Notes: generated by a model not told the origin, from the sequence alone. Shown: positions 10,481 to 20,647, numbered from the stretch's first letter. The stretch is DNA of 64,000 nt from Polyangiaceae bacterium (GCA_044376115.1 JBILLK010000002.1:160001-224000); one strand, 5' to 3'. Program-made: numbers and translations.

Positions 10481-10505
10481 CGACTCGTGCCCGAGGCACG
10501 AGTCG
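10481..10505 (+). terminator. Perfect 11-bp hairpin downstream of BON gene, possible terminator or processing stem
   Basis: CGACTCGTGCC-CGA-GGCACGAGTCG; no U-tract. Confidence 0.5.
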
Positions 10506-10613
10506 CTCGGTGCGCACCAGCGATTGGTCGCAGGGATCACGCTACGGTTTGGCCGAAGGCATGCTGAGACGGATCGAAACGATCGGCTGAGTTGCTCGTG
10601 CTAGCGGGTACGT

Positions 10614-12155
10614 ATGCCTGATAAGAGCCCGATCACGGTGGCGTACGGTGACGGCGTTGGTCCGGAAATCATGCGCGCAACTCTGGCGATTTTGGAGGCA
10701 GCAGGGGCGAAGCTCGCTCCAGAGGTGATTGATGTAGGGGCGGCAGCGTACGCGCGTGGCAGCTCGAGCGGTATCCCGCCAGAGGCATGGGCGTCCTTGC
10801 GCCGAACCAAGGTCTTTCTGAAGGCCCCGATCACCACCCCCCAGGGCGGCGGCTACAAGTCATTGGACGTTACGGTTCGCAAGACGCTCGGGCTCTATGC
10901 CAATGTGCGCCCTTGCGTAAGCTACGCGCCCTTCGTCGATACCAACCACCCGACGATGGATTGCGTGATCATTCGTGAGAATGAGGAAGACCTTTATGCT
11001 GGCATCGAGCACCGCCAGACCGATGAGGTCTACCAGTGCCTAAAGCTGATAACGGAGCCCGGTTGTCGTAAAATCATACGCTACGCGTTCGAGTACGCGC
11101 GGTCCCATGGTCGCAAGAAGGTGACCTGCATGACCAAAGACAACATCATGAAGATGACGGATGGGCTGTTTCATCGCGTCTTTGATGAGATCCGCGCAGA
11201 GTACCCCGAGCTCGAGAGCGACCACGTGATCGTGGACATCGGTACGGCGCGGTTGGCGACTCGCCCCGAACGCTTTGACGTGTTGGTGTTGCCCAACCTC
11301 TATGGCGATATTCTCAGTGATGTAGCGGCGGAGATCACAGGCAGCGTTGGGCTTGGCGGGAGCGCCAACATTGGCGAGCACGTCGCGATGTTCGAGGCGA
11401 TTCACGGCAGCGCGCCCGATATTGCAGGCAAAGGGATCGCCAACCCCTCTGGGCTCTTGCTCGGCGCGGTCATGATGTTGGTACATCTGCGGCAAGCCGA
11501 GGTCGCGCAGCGTATCCACAATGCCTGGCTGCGGACTCTCGAGGTGGGGCTCCATACGGCTGACCTCAAAGGTGCGAAGACCGTGCAGGTGCTGGATACG
11601 GAGGCTTTTGCCGCAGCGGTTGTGGCGCGCCTAGGCGAGTTGCCAGAGCATTTTCCCAAAGTAGCCTATTCCAACGCGCCGCAGGGCCGATCGACTGCCG
11701 GCCCGCTCTATCAACGCAAGCCGCGAGCAAAGAAGGAGTTGGTGGGGGTGGACGTCTTTCTGCACGCGGCGGACGTCTCCGCCGACTATCTGGCAGGAAA
11801 GCTAAAGACCTTGGCCAATCAACCAAAGCGAGCTGGCTTTGAGCTAAAGCTCATTACCAATCGCGGAGTCAAAGTTTGGCCCAATGGCTTTCCTGAGACG
11901 TTCTGTACTGACCATTGGCGTTGCCGGTTTCTTGGGGTCGATCGTGAGGGTCAGCCGCGCACGGTGGAGCACCGCGACATCATCTTCTTGCTCAGCAACC
12001 TGGCAGATGACGGGGTCGACTTCATCAAGACTGAGAATCTATGCCGATTCGACGGGGAGGATGGCTTCGCGATGGGGCAGGGGCAAAAGGGCGCAACAGT
12101 GCGAAACGCCGACTATTGGCCGAGCTCCTTCAGCAACGCGAAAGCGGCGTTGTAG
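10614..12155 (+). CDS. icd: NADP-dependent isocitrate dehydrogenase (type with C-terminal extra domain)
   Basis: GDGVGPEI, KAPITTP, RENEEDLY, KDNIMK, NLYGDILSD, EAIHGSAPDIAG, ITNRGVKVWP, TDHWRCRF. Confidence 0.93.
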   Translation: MPDKSPITVAYGDGVGPEIMRATLAILEAAGAKLAPEVIDVGAAAYARGSSSGIPPEAWASLRRTKVFLKAPITTPQGGGYKSLDVTVRKTLGLYANVRPCVSYAPFVDTNHPTMDCVIIRENEEDLYAGIEHRQTDEVYQCLKLITEPGCRKIIRYAFEYARSHGRKKVTCMTKDNIMKMTDGLFHRVFDEIRAEYPELESDHVIVDIGTARLATRPERFDVLVLPNLYGDILSDVAAEITGSVGLGGSANIGEHVAMFEAIHGSAPDIAGKGIANPSGLLLGAVMMLVHLRQAEVAQRIHNAWLRTLEVGLHTADLKGAKTVQVLDTEAFAAAVVARLGELPEHFPKVAYSNAPQGRSTAGPLYQRKPRAKKELVGVDVFLHAADVSADYLAGKLKTLANQPKRAGFELKLITNRGVKVWPNGFPETFCTDHWRCRFLGVDREGQPRTVEHRDIIFLLSNLADDGVDFIKTENLCRFDGEDGFAMGQGQKGATVRNADYWPSSFSNAKAAL

Positions 12156-13624
12156 CCGCACATCCCGTGCACGCCCGCCCCAGGGTGGGCGTAGGAGGAG
12201 CCGAGGTAGAGCCTATCAATGTGGGTTTTGTAGCGAAAGTAGGGGAAAAACGGCCGAAAAAGCAGCTGGTTGTCAATTCCCGCCGAGCCGCCACCAAGGT
12301 CCCCGCCAAGCAGGTTCTCATCGGCTCGTTCAAGCTCTTGGGGCGAGTGAACCGTGCTCTTTAGAACGGTATCCCGGAACCCCGGCGCCAACTCTTCGAT
12401 TCTTGTCTCAATGCGATTGAGGAACTCGCGCTTGGCGGGTTCGGACCAAGGCTGACCGTCCAACGTCGAGGGGACACGCGAATAGGCCCATAACGTGTGC
12501 TGACCCGCCGGCGCTCGCGATGGGTCGAGCAAGCTTTGTTGGCCGATGACCAAATACGGGTCCCGAGGCATTCGACCCTCGCGGACCTCGCGGGTAAAGC
12601 GCGCCAAGTCGTCGTTGTTCTCGCCTGTGTGGACAACCGCAGCTTTGCGGCTCGCCGGCGTCTTCCAGGGCACTGCAGCAGAGAGCGCCCAATCGACTTT
12701 GAACGTCCCAAAGCCACGGCTTGGGTTGTTCATCTTCGCAACGATGGGCGAGGGTACCTGCGACGGCGAAAGCAGCTTGAGGAACAGCGTCGGCGCCGCT
12801 GTGGCCGCGATTACGCCGACCTTTGCCGGGAAGCGTTGCCCGTCCTCGGTGATGGCCGCGCTGACTCGCCCGTGCTCCACCTCGAGCCGCTGGACGCGCC
12901 TGCCGGTGTGAAGTCGGCCATGCGCTTCGTGCAGACGCTTCAGCAGCGCCTTGGTGATGTTGGAGGTCCCACCCACCGGAACAGCAAATCCGCCATACGA
13001 GGCGGTGACGCCCAACATGAAGCCAACGATCGCCCCCATCGCATCCTCGGGGCCGACGTCGGTGTGAAGCGCAAGCGCCGGGAAGATGCGGCGAGCCGCC
13101 TCGGTCTGGAATAGGCGTTCGGCGAAGCCGCGACCGGATGAGAGCGCGACCTCGGCCAGCAGCAGCGCCGCTCGCGGCGGGATCGCCAGGCCTTGGCGCA
13201 GTGGAGGAAACGGCGCCAAGAGTGCCGGTAGCACCTTGTCTTGAACGCGGCTCCAAAGCTCAGCGATCCGGCGCCATGGTTCGCCGTCTGCGCCGAGGTA
13301 CTCGCAACTCGCGTCGATATCGCGAGAGAGCGCGCTCTCGCTGCCATCGCGCGCAGGGTGGGCCGTATCGACCTCCCCGTGCGCCCAGCGAAGCCCTGCA
13401 CCCTCCAGATCGATCGCTTGCCACGCGGGGCTCACTTGCCCGAATGGGAAGAAGGCTGCGCCGAAGTCGTGCACGAACCCGGGCAACGTGGTCACGCTCG
13501 AGCGAACGGCACCTCCGGGCTCAGCATTTCCCTCGAGCACGTCCACGGAAAGTCCCGCGCGCGCGAGCCGTATGGCTGCTGCCAGCCCATTGGGTCCAGA
13601 CCCGATGACAAGTACGTCGGTCAC
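12113..13624 (-). CDS. NAD(P)/FAD-dependent oxidoreductase, phytoene dehydrogenase-related
   Basis: GSGPNGL Rossmann motif, DPSRAPAGQHTLW, HPGAGVHGMCG; start set at GTG 13624 to avoid overlap with divergent gene. Confidence 0.88.
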   Translation of the reverse strand: MTDVLVIGSGPNGLAAAIRLARAGLSVDVLEGNAEPGGAVRSSVTTLPGFVHDFGAAFFPFGQVSPAWQAIDLEGAGLRWAHGEVDTAHPARDGSESALSRDIDASCEYLGADGEPWRRIAELWSRVQDKVLPALLAPFPPLRQGLAIPPRAALLLAEVALSSGRGFAERLFQTEAARRIFPALALHTDVGPEDAMGAIVGFMLGVTASYGGFAVPVGGTSNITKALLKRLHEAHGRLHTGRRVQRLEVEHGRVSAAITEDGQRFPAKVGVIAATAAPTLFLKLLSPSQVPSPIVAKMNNPSRGFGTFKVDWALSAAVPWKTPASRKAAVVHTGENNDDLARFTREVREGRMPRDPYLVIGQQSLLDPSRAPAGQHTLWAYSRVPSTLDGQPWSEPAKREFLNRIETRIEELAPGFRDTVLKSTVHSPQELERADENLLGGDLGGGSAGIDNQLLFRPFFPYFRYKTHIDRLYLGSSYAHPGAGVHGMCGYNAAFALLKELGQ

Positions 13625-13663
13625 GACTAAGGCTTCTAACACTGATCCGAGAGAGAGGAAGTC

Positions 13664-14425
13664 ATGCCCCTGCTTGGTCCCGATGAACCTGCGCCGTTTG
13701 AGACCTTTCGTGAACACGGTCGTTCGCCTTGGGTGCTCTTGTGTGATCATGCTTCGCGGCGAATCCCGCGCTCGCTAGGGGACCTGGGCTTGTCCGAGCA
13801 GGCGCGCTCGAGTCACATCGCGTGGGATATCGGCGCCCGCGGGGTCGCCCTAGCGTTATCCGAAGCGCTCGACGCGCCGCTCGTCGCATGCGGCTATTCG
13901 CGTCTGGTGATCGACGCGAATCGGCCGCTTGGTGTGCCGTCGTCGATCCCGGCGGTCAGCTGTGAAATCCCGGTCCCTGGCAACGCGGGCCTGAGCCCGG
14001 CCGACGAGGCGGAGCGCGCGCGCGCGGTGTTCATGCCGTATCACGCCGAGGTCGCGCGCGTTTTGGCGGAGCGAACGGCACGGCAGCAACCGAGCGTGCT
14101 GCTTTCGATGCATAGCTTCACCCCGGAGCTGTACGGCAAGCCGCGCCCTTGGCACATTGGCGTGCTATCCGGGAAGGATCGCCGGCTCGCTGAAGTCCTG
14201 CTCCACGAATTGGGCAAGGAGCAGGACTGGACGGTTGGGGACAACGAGCCGTATCGCGTTTCCGACGTCAGTGACTATGCAGTACCGGTCTACGGCGAGC
14301 AGGCAGGGCGTCTTGCCGTGCTGATCGAGCTACGTCAGGATCTCGTGGCGACTTCCGTCATGGAACAGGCGATGGCTCAGCGCTGGCTTCCCATCCTCGA
14401 GCGCGCGCTGCCATCGCTGCTTTGA
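13664..14425 (+). CDS. N-formylglutamate amidohydrolase family
   Basis: CDHAS, HIAWDIG, SRLVIDANR, HSFTP, GDNEPY, IELRQD. Confidence 0.9.
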   Translation: MPLLGPDEPAPFETFREHGRSPWVLLCDHASRRIPRSLGDLGLSEQARSSHIAWDIGARGVALALSEALDAPLVACGYSRLVIDANRPLGVPSSIPAVSCEIPVPGNAGLSPADEAERARAVFMPYHAEVARVLAERTARQQPSVLLSMHSFTPELYGKPRPWHIGVLSGKDRRLAEVLLHELGKEQDWTVGDNEPYRVSDVSDYAVPVYGEQAGRLAVLIELRQDLVATSVMEQAMAQRWLPILERALPSLL

Positions 14426-14479
14426 TGGATGCGTGAGCCGCGGCGCTCTCGTGCTAAGGGAGCGGCCCTGGAGGAACGT

Positions 14480-16030
14480 GTGAGCAAGGAAGCGCAGAAG
14501 GGCAACCAAAAGGCAGCAAAGCCCGTTGAGACGGCGATCAAGCCGACGCGTGCGGAGGACTACGCCGAGTGGTACCAGCAGGTCGTTCGCGCGGCGGACT
14601 TGGCGGAGAACTCCGCGGTGCGCGGCTGCATGGTGATCAAGCCCTGGGGCTATGCGTTGTGGGAGCGCTTCCAAGCCGAGCTGGACGCGATGTTCAAGGC
14701 CACGGGCCACAAGAACGCCTACTTCCCGCTGTTCATCCCGAAGTCCTTCTTGGAGAAAGAAGCGGAGCACGTCGACGGCTTCGCCAAGGAATGTGCTGTC
14801 GTCACGCATCATCGCTTGATCGCTGGTGAAGGAGGTGGCCTCATTCCGGATCCCAAAGCCAAGCTCGAGGAGCCGCTGATTGTCCGCCCGACCAGCGAGA
14901 CGATCATCGGTGCGAGCTTTGCGCAGTGGGTTCGCAGCTACCGCGATTTGCCGCTGCTAATCAACCAATGGGCCAACGTGGTGCGCTGGGAGATGCGGAC
15001 GCGCCTGTTCTTGCGTACGGCTGAGTTTCTTTGGCAGGAAGGGCACACCGCCCACGCCACGCGTGAAGAGGCCGAGACCGAGACGCGCCAGATGCTCGAG
15101 GTGTACGTCAAGTTCGCCACCGAATACATGGCTATGCCGGTCCACTACGGAGCCAAGACCAAGAGCGAGCGTTTCCCCGGCGCCGTCGAGACGTACTCGA
15201 TCGAAGCGATGATGCAGGACAAGAAGGCGCTGCAGGCGGGCACCTCGCATTTCCTGGGTCAAAATTTTGCGAAGGCCAGCGGCATTCGCTTTCAAACAAA
15301 GCTTGAGACCGAGGAGTACGCCTGGACCACGTCGTGGGGTGTTTCGACTCGGTTGGTTGGCGCGCTGCTGATGACGCACGCAGATGATGACGGCATGATC
15401 ATTCCGCCGCGGCTCGCTCCGGCGCACGTCGTGGTGCTGCCTGTTCTGCGCGGCGACGAGACGAAAGCGGCAGTGATGGACTACGTCGCTCAGTTGAAGG
15501 CCGATCTAGCGAAGGTCCGCTACCACGACCGCCCGATCGAGGTGGAGGTGGACGCCCGCGATATTCGTGGCGGAGAGAAGAACTGGGACTGGATCAAAAA
15601 GGGCGTGCCGCTGCGTGTCGAGGTGGGCCCGCGCGACGTGGAGTCTTCCGCGGTGATGGTGAGCCGCCGCGACCGCGGTCCTCGAGACAAGACGTCCATG
15701 TCACGCGAGGACTTCGTCAACGGCATCGTTGCGATGTTGGACGACATGCAAAACGGCCTGCTCCAGAAGGCGCTCGCTTACCGCGCCGCCGCGTCGAAGA
15801 CGGTCACCTCCCGCGAGGAATTCGAGGCGTTGTTCAGTGGTTCTGAAGGCGGCGGTTTCGCGTTCGCCCACTTTAGCTGCGACGAGAAGGTCGAGAATGA
15901 CCTCAAGGAGCGTTTCAAGGTTACCGTGCGCAATATCCCGGAGGATGTTCCGTCGGCGCTATTGCCCGGGACCTGCATCTTCACCGGGGTTCCTTGCGAT
16001 CGACAGGTGCTCTTCGCGAAGTCGTATTGA
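14480..16030 (+). CDS. proS: Proline--tRNA ligase (archaeal/eukaryotic-type)
   Basis: RPTSET, QWANVVRWE, FLRTAEFLWQEGHT, GTSHFLGQNF, C-terminal FAKSY; GTG after GAGGA. Confidence 0.96.
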   Translation: MSKEAQKGNQKAAKPVETAIKPTRAEDYAEWYQQVVRAADLAENSAVRGCMVIKPWGYALWERFQAELDAMFKATGHKNAYFPLFIPKSFLEKEAEHVDGFAKECAVVTHHRLIAGEGGGLIPDPKAKLEEPLIVRPTSETIIGASFAQWVRSYRDLPLLINQWANVVRWEMRTRLFLRTAEFLWQEGHTAHATREEAETETRQMLEVYVKFATEYMAMPVHYGAKTKSERFPGAVETYSIEAMMQDKKALQAGTSHFLGQNFAKASGIRFQTKLETEEYAWTTSWGVSTRLVGALLMTHADDDGMIIPPRLAPAHVVVLPVLRGDETKAAVMDYVAQLKADLAKVRYHDRPIEVEVDARDIRGGEKNWDWIKKGVPLRVEVGPRDVESSAVMVSRRDRGPRDKTSMSREDFVNGIVAMLDDMQNGLLQKALAYRAAASKTVTSREEFEALFSGSEGGGFAFAHFSCDEKVENDLKERFKVTVRNIPEDVPSALLPGTCIFTGVPCDRQVLFAKSY

Positions 16031-16064
16031 CCTCGGTTCTCCTGCGGTGGGAACATCGGTCTGA

Positions 16065-17387
16065 GTGATTAGCCTCGACTCCATCGTTGATCGGGTTTGT
16101 GAGGCTGCTCGGGCCGATTTCGCGTTCGTGCTTACGCGCCGGGGCCGCCTCGCTACGCGCAAGGCTCCCGAGAACATGCCCGAGGCGGGGCGCAATGCTC
16201 TGCTCGCGGTAGCGGAGAAGCAGCTGCGAGAGAAGCGAGGCAGCGTCTCGCACGTGGACGTGCCGCGTGAAATGTTGGTGCCGTTCGGTGGGGCCGCGCC
16301 AGTCGACGTTTACGTGGCCGCTCGTGAAGAAGCGATCCTGTGCGTGGTCATGGCGACCTTTGCCGAGCAGTTGTACGTCAGCGATGCCATCGCTGAAGGG
16401 ACGGCTGCACTCGATAAACTCCTCTTGGCCGAGGCTGAGCGCCGCGAACGCCGCAGGCCAGGGCGCAAGGAGAAAGAAAAGCCTGAAGGGCCAAGGACCA
16501 AAGCAGGGCGACGGGGAAGTGATCCGGCACTCGAAGAGTCGAAGGCAGCGCCTGCCGTGGTGCGGGCTGCTAGCGCTCCAGCGGCGGCCAGCCCAGCGCC
16601 GGAGCCGTTTGAGTTGGATGACTCGGACGACATGCCCACCATCACCATCGCGCAAACCAAGATGGGTAGGGCGACGCTCGCGGCGATCGAGATCGACCGC
16701 GATGCTCCAGAAATCACCTACAGCACCAGCACGATCGGCCGCAGGACGTTGGGCGAGATCGAGCTTTCGCTGTTGCCGGCTGGAGACCCGCGCAGCAGCG
16801 TACCGGACATTCGTGTGGACGTGATCAGTCTGCCAGCGATCGATGGGGCTGAGCTGGACGTCACCGATCGCACGACGTTGCCTTTCACTGAGCGGCCGGA
16901 GGACGCAAAACGGCGGTTTGAATTGGCGGAGCGGCTGCGCCAAGGGCTCGGCCCCGTCGTCCTTGAAACGACCAAGACGCGCACCGTGATTGCGGGCCGT
17001 TCAAAGCCGTTTCGAGCGGTCAAACCAGCGCCCGTTGCCGAGCCTGCTCCGCGCGCAGCGGTTCCCACGGTGGAGTCGAAGCCGCGCGACTCCAATATCG
17101 AAATTTGGCACTCGGCGCTGGCCGAGTCGCTCGAGGAAAAGCCAAGCGATCGCGAGTCTCCGCGTCGGAGAACTCAGCCCCCGCCGCGGGCCCCGTCGAG
17201 CACGTGGGCGCGCCCGACGAAGGACAAAGAAAAGGAAAAGGAAGAGCGCGCTGCTAGCCCGAGCTCGACGCGTGACAAGTCGGTGTGGCCGAGCGCCAGC
17301 GCAAAGCCCTCCGCCAAGCGGAAGTTGCCACCGGCTTCCTCCTTACCAGTCGCCAAGCAACGCCCCTCCGACAAGCCCAAGCGTTAA
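16065..17387 (+). CDS. Protein with divergent N-terminal MglB/Roadblock-like domain and long disordered tail
   Basis: LDSIVDRVCEAARADFAFVLTRRGRL and DVYVA..EAILCVV resemble MglB elements; Pro/Lys/Ser-rich C-terminus. Confidence 0.6.
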   Translation: MISLDSIVDRVCEAARADFAFVLTRRGRLATRKAPENMPEAGRNALLAVAEKQLREKRGSVSHVDVPREMLVPFGGAAPVDVYVAAREEAILCVVMATFAEQLYVSDAIAEGTAALDKLLLAEAERRERRRPGRKEKEKPEGPRTKAGRRGSDPALEESKAAPAVVRAASAPAAASPAPEPFELDDSDDMPTITIAQTKMGRATLAAIEIDRDAPEITYSTSTIGRRTLGEIELSLLPAGDPRSSVPDIRVDVISLPAIDGAELDVTDRTTLPFTERPEDAKRRFELAERLRQGLGPVVLETTKTRTVIAGRSKPFRAVKPAPVAEPAPRAAVPTVESKPRDSNIEIWHSALAESLEEKPSDRESPRRRTQPPPRAPSSTWARPTKDKEKEKEERAASPSSTRDKSVWPSASAKPSAKRKLPPASSLPVAKQRPSDKPKR

Positions 17388-18382
17388 CGCGTTGAAGCGC
17401 CGCGAGCGCGTTCTTGCCAGCTCGCGACCAGCTCGGGAAAGAGGCCGAGATGCGCGCAGTGCGCGTCACGATCCGAGCCTGCATAGCCTCGGAGGATGAC
17501 GCCCTTCTCCTCGGCGCGCCGCTCGAGTGAGCGCGTTCCGCCTGTGCGCGTACGGTCGACGCGCATCAGCAACCGTTCGATCAGGGTATCGGCCACTTCG
17601 GCTGTATTGGCGTAGCCCTCGGTAGGCACTCGGCTGTGCGTGAGCATGAAGCTCGTCTGAGGTGACTCGAGCGCGCGCCTAGCGAAGCTCTCAAAGGGCG
17701 CCAAACGCTCCAAATCGACGTTCTTGGAAAGGCCCTGATAGCTGCCGTACAGCGAGTCGAGCAGTAGCACGCCGCTGAGTTCGGGCAGGTCTGGGGAAGC
17801 TGTTAGCACCTGCCGCACTGCTTCAAAGCCGGCCGAGAACGAGGACACCAACAAGGAGCGGACATGCGCCTGCTGCCCAGTACTCGCCGAGACGGTTGCG
17901 TCGATCCCGTGGATCAGCGTCTCGAGTTCGGCCTTGCTTCGGACCACGCCTGCGTAGTCCCCCGAGGAATCACCCTTATCAAGGGCAGCGACGATCACCT
18001 GCAGATTGGAGGCAGCGGCGATCCGCTTTACCGGCTCTTTGCCATGAAAATGCAGCACGAGGTCGTAGCCACCGTCCGGGAGCAAAGCGGACGGTGAGAT
18101 AAGCACCTCGAGCCCTTGCTCGGATTTCTCGAGCGTCCGACCACCGAGTCCTTGGTCGGGAACGTTGCAACTGAAGGCCTCGAGTGAAGTCGAAACACGC
18201 GCTGCGACCGGAGCGCGGGTGGCCGGGAGCGGAGCTACTTCGGCTGTGGCGGCGCTTGGTTGCGCTTGGGCTGTAGGTTCTTGCGAATGGGAGCTGCGTG
18301 CCGGGGAGGCGAGCAACGCGGCTAACGCGACGACAACGACGACGAGCTCACTTGCACGGACGGCGAGGGTTCTTTCACGCAC
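17384..18382 (-). CDS. Exported alpha/beta-hydrolase-like protein
   Basis: Signal peptide, HFHG, SFSAG nucleophile elbow, LLDSLY, late His. Confidence 0.6.
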   Translation of the reverse strand: MRERTLAVRASELVVVVVALAALLASPARSSHSQEPTAQAQPSAATAEVAPLPATRAPVAARVSTSLEAFSCNVPDQGLGGRTLEKSEQGLEVLISPSALLPDGGYDLVLHFHGKEPVKRIAAASNLQVIVAALDKGDSSGDYAGVVRSKAELETLIHGIDATVSASTGQQAHVRSLLVSSFSAGFEAVRQVLTASPDLPELSGVLLLDSLYGSYQGLSKNVDLERLAPFESFARRALESPQTSFMLTHSRVPTEGYANTAEVADTLIERLLMRVDRTRTGGTRSLERRAEEKGVILRGYAGSDRDAHCAHLGLFPELVASWQERARGASTR

Positions 18383-20245
18383 TTAGAAGCCAGGAGTCTG
18401 GACGACGGGCACGCTCGTGTCGACCGGCTTTGGCTTGGTCTCAGGCTTCCCGCTCGCTACCGTGGCAGTCGCCGTTGGCGCAATAGGCGCAGCCGTTGCG
18501 GTGGGCTGCGGATCCGCGGTTGCGCCGGTGGGAGTTGGGGTCGCGGGCGTCGGCGTGGTGGTGACCGGCTTCGCCGTTGCTGGCTGACCGGCCTCCGCCG
18601 TGGCGGTCGATGGGGTAGGGGAATCGGGCAACGATGCGAGGTCGATCACCTGCCCGCCGGGCTGCCCAGAAGGCTCTGCGTTGGTTCCAGAGGAAGGGTT
18701 GTTCGGGGAGATCGCGGCTGCGCTCGATGGCGGCTTGGACGACGAAGGCCCCGTCTCACTCTTCATCAACGCAATGGTCACGCCACCTACCGCGACCGCC
18801 GCCGCGAGGCTCAAGGCCACAGCGCCGAACACTCGCTTGCTACGGCGGGCCTCGAGCAGGCGCCGCTCGTCGGACATGGCCTCCACAGCTGCAAGCGTGG
18901 GCGAACTCACCACTGGTGGTTCGCTGGGGAGAGCTGGGCGTTGCGCGAGCGGCTCGACGCGCGTGATTTGCGAAAGTGCCGACGACCCGCTCGTCTCCTG
19001 GGGCTTGACCGTCTCAGTGTCCGTGATCGCGTGAGCGTCGGCTTTGACGGTCTTCGCGTTGTAGGCGCGCGCCTCGGTCACCTCGTCCTTGCGCACCGCC
19101 GGGACCGACTCCATCACGTCCGCAGAATCCAACGTCGCACGGGTCGCCGCACGCGGCGGCGTTTGCATGCGCGTGAACATCATACCGGTCATCGACTCCG
19201 GCGGACTGGAGCTCGGGGTACCAGCCGACGTTGCAAGCGCAGCCTCGTCAATCTTCAGCGCGGCGTCGCGGATAGCCGCTCTCCGTTTGCGATCGCGTTC
19301 ACCCAACGTCGAACGTACGAAGGTGCCCACTTCATCCAGCGTAACGGGCCCACCGATCGCGGCGGACGCCGCAGCGATCGCCGCCTCGAGGTCGCTCTCC
19401 AGCTCGCTGGCGCTCTGGTGACGGCGCTCCGGATCCTTGTTCAAAGCCCGCAGCACCACCCGCTCGATCTCGACGGGGAGGGACGGGTTCTTCACTCGGG
19501 GTGGCATCACCGGCCGCGTGATGATGTTGCGCATCGTCTTGATGTCGGAATCATCCAAGAACGGATGGGTGCCAGTCGTCAGGCGGTAAAGAATGATGCC
19601 CAGCGCAAAGATGTCGGTGCGCCGGTCGACGTCAGCTCCGCGCGCTTGTTCGGGCGACATGAACGGCACCTTGCCCTTCAGCTGCCCAGCTGTCGTCTCC
19701 CCGCCGCGGCCCATCGCTTTGGCCACACCAAAGTCGACGATCTTCACCACGCCCGACGCTGACACCAGGATGTTCTGCGGAGAAACGTCGCGGTGAACGA
19801 GCTCGAGCAGGCGTTCATCCTCATCGCGCAGCTCGTGCGCTGCGTGCAAGCCAGCGGCGGCTTGCGAAGCGATCTTCAGCCCCACTCGGAGCGGGATGTC
19901 GGTGCCGTTCTTGCGCGAGAACTTGGAGAGCGTGGATAGAGATTCTCCGTCAACCCACTCCATCGCGAGAAAGAGCACCTCGTCCTCTTCACCAAGGTCG
20001 ATGATCTGCGCGACGTTCGGGTGCTGGATCTTCGAAGCGATGGTCGCTTCGTCGAGGAACATCTGCTCAAACGTCGGATCGTCGGAGAGGGAGGGCAGGA
20101 TGGTCTTGATCGCCACGGTCTTCGAGAAGCCGCGAGAGCCCTTGAGTCGTGCAGCCCATACGGTCGCCATCCCGCCGGAGGCGATTGGCAGGAGCAGCTC
20201 GTACCGGCCCAACACCGTTCCCGGAGCTAACTGATGCGTCCCCAT
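18383..20245 (-). CDS. Membrane Ser/Thr protein kinase
   Basis: ASGGMATV, VAIK, HRDVSPQN, DFG, MSPEQ, DIFALG, TM helix, Pro/Thr-rich tail. Confidence 0.95.
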   Translation of the reverse strand: MGTHQLAPGTVLGRYELLLPIASGGMATVWAARLKGSRGFSKTVAIKTILPSLSDDPTFEQMFLDEATIASKIQHPNVAQIIDLGEEDEVLFLAMEWVDGESLSTLSKFSRKNGTDIPLRVGLKIASQAAAGLHAAHELRDEDERLLELVHRDVSPQNILVSASGVVKIVDFGVAKAMGRGGETTAGQLKGKVPFMSPEQARGADVDRRTDIFALGIILYRLTTGTHPFLDDSDIKTMRNIITRPVMPPRVKNPSLPVEIERVVLRALNKDPERRHQSASELESDLEAAIAAASAAIGGPVTLDEVGTFVRSTLGERDRKRRAAIRDAALKIDEAALATSAGTPSSSPPESMTGMMFTRMQTPPRAATRATLDSADVMESVPAVRKDEVTEARAYNAKTVKADAHAITDTETVKPQETSGSSALSQITRVEPLAQRPALPSEPPVVSSPTLAAVEAMSDERRLLEARRSKRVFGAVALSLAAAVAVGGVTIALMKSETGPSSSKPPSSAAAISPNNPSSGTNAEPSGQPGGQVIDLASLPDSPTPSTATAEAGQPATAKPVTTTPTPATPTPTGATADPQPTATAAPIAPTATATVASGKPETKPKPVDTSVPVVQTPGF

Positions 20246-20407
20246 TGTGCTTCGTAGGCTCCGTGATTGCGAGCTGTCACGGCCTGCATGGCGCGACGTT
20301 CGAACATAGCACGACCTTCACTCGGGAGGCCGATTGTGTCGGTTCTAACGGGCTTTTGACAAATGAGGTAACAGTCGGCGCTGCCAACGATTGTTGCGCG
20401 TCTGCGC

Positions 20408-20437
20408 TTGACGCCTGCAAGCATAGCGGATTAGGGT
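20408..20437 (+). promoter_or_regulatory. Candidate sigma70 promoter for small basic protein
   Basis: TTGACG (20408-13), 18-nt spacer, TAGGGT (20432-37). Confidence 0.45.
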
Positions 20438-20467
20438 CCGCGCCCTTTCACCCAAGGATTTGAGATC

Positions 20468-20647
20468 ATGGCCAACATCGCTAAGTGGAACATCCGGCTT
20501 CGTCACGAGTGGCTTCAGACCCCGCTGAAGAAGAAGCGCATCAAGCGCGCCGAGAAGGCTCGTTGTGGTCTGCTCGCCGCTGAGCTGCGCAAGTCTGAGA
20601 AAGCCGCACGCAAAGCCGCTTCCAAGGCTGCTGCGACGACTGGCTGA
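20468..20647 (+). CDS. 59-aa highly basic protein (absent from ORF track)
   Basis: MANIAKWNIRLRHEWLQTPLKKKRIKRAEKARCGLLAAELRKSEKAARKAASKAAATTG; AAGGA RBS; fills an otherwise empty intergenic gap. Confidence 0.75.
   Translation: MANIAKWNIRLRHEWLQTPLKKKRIKRAEKARCGLLAAELRKSEKAARKAASKAAATTG

Noticed and set aside
12113..13624. Carotenoid biosynthesis (crtI) call
   Set aside because: No other crt genes nearby; motifs fit the broader dehydrogenase-related family
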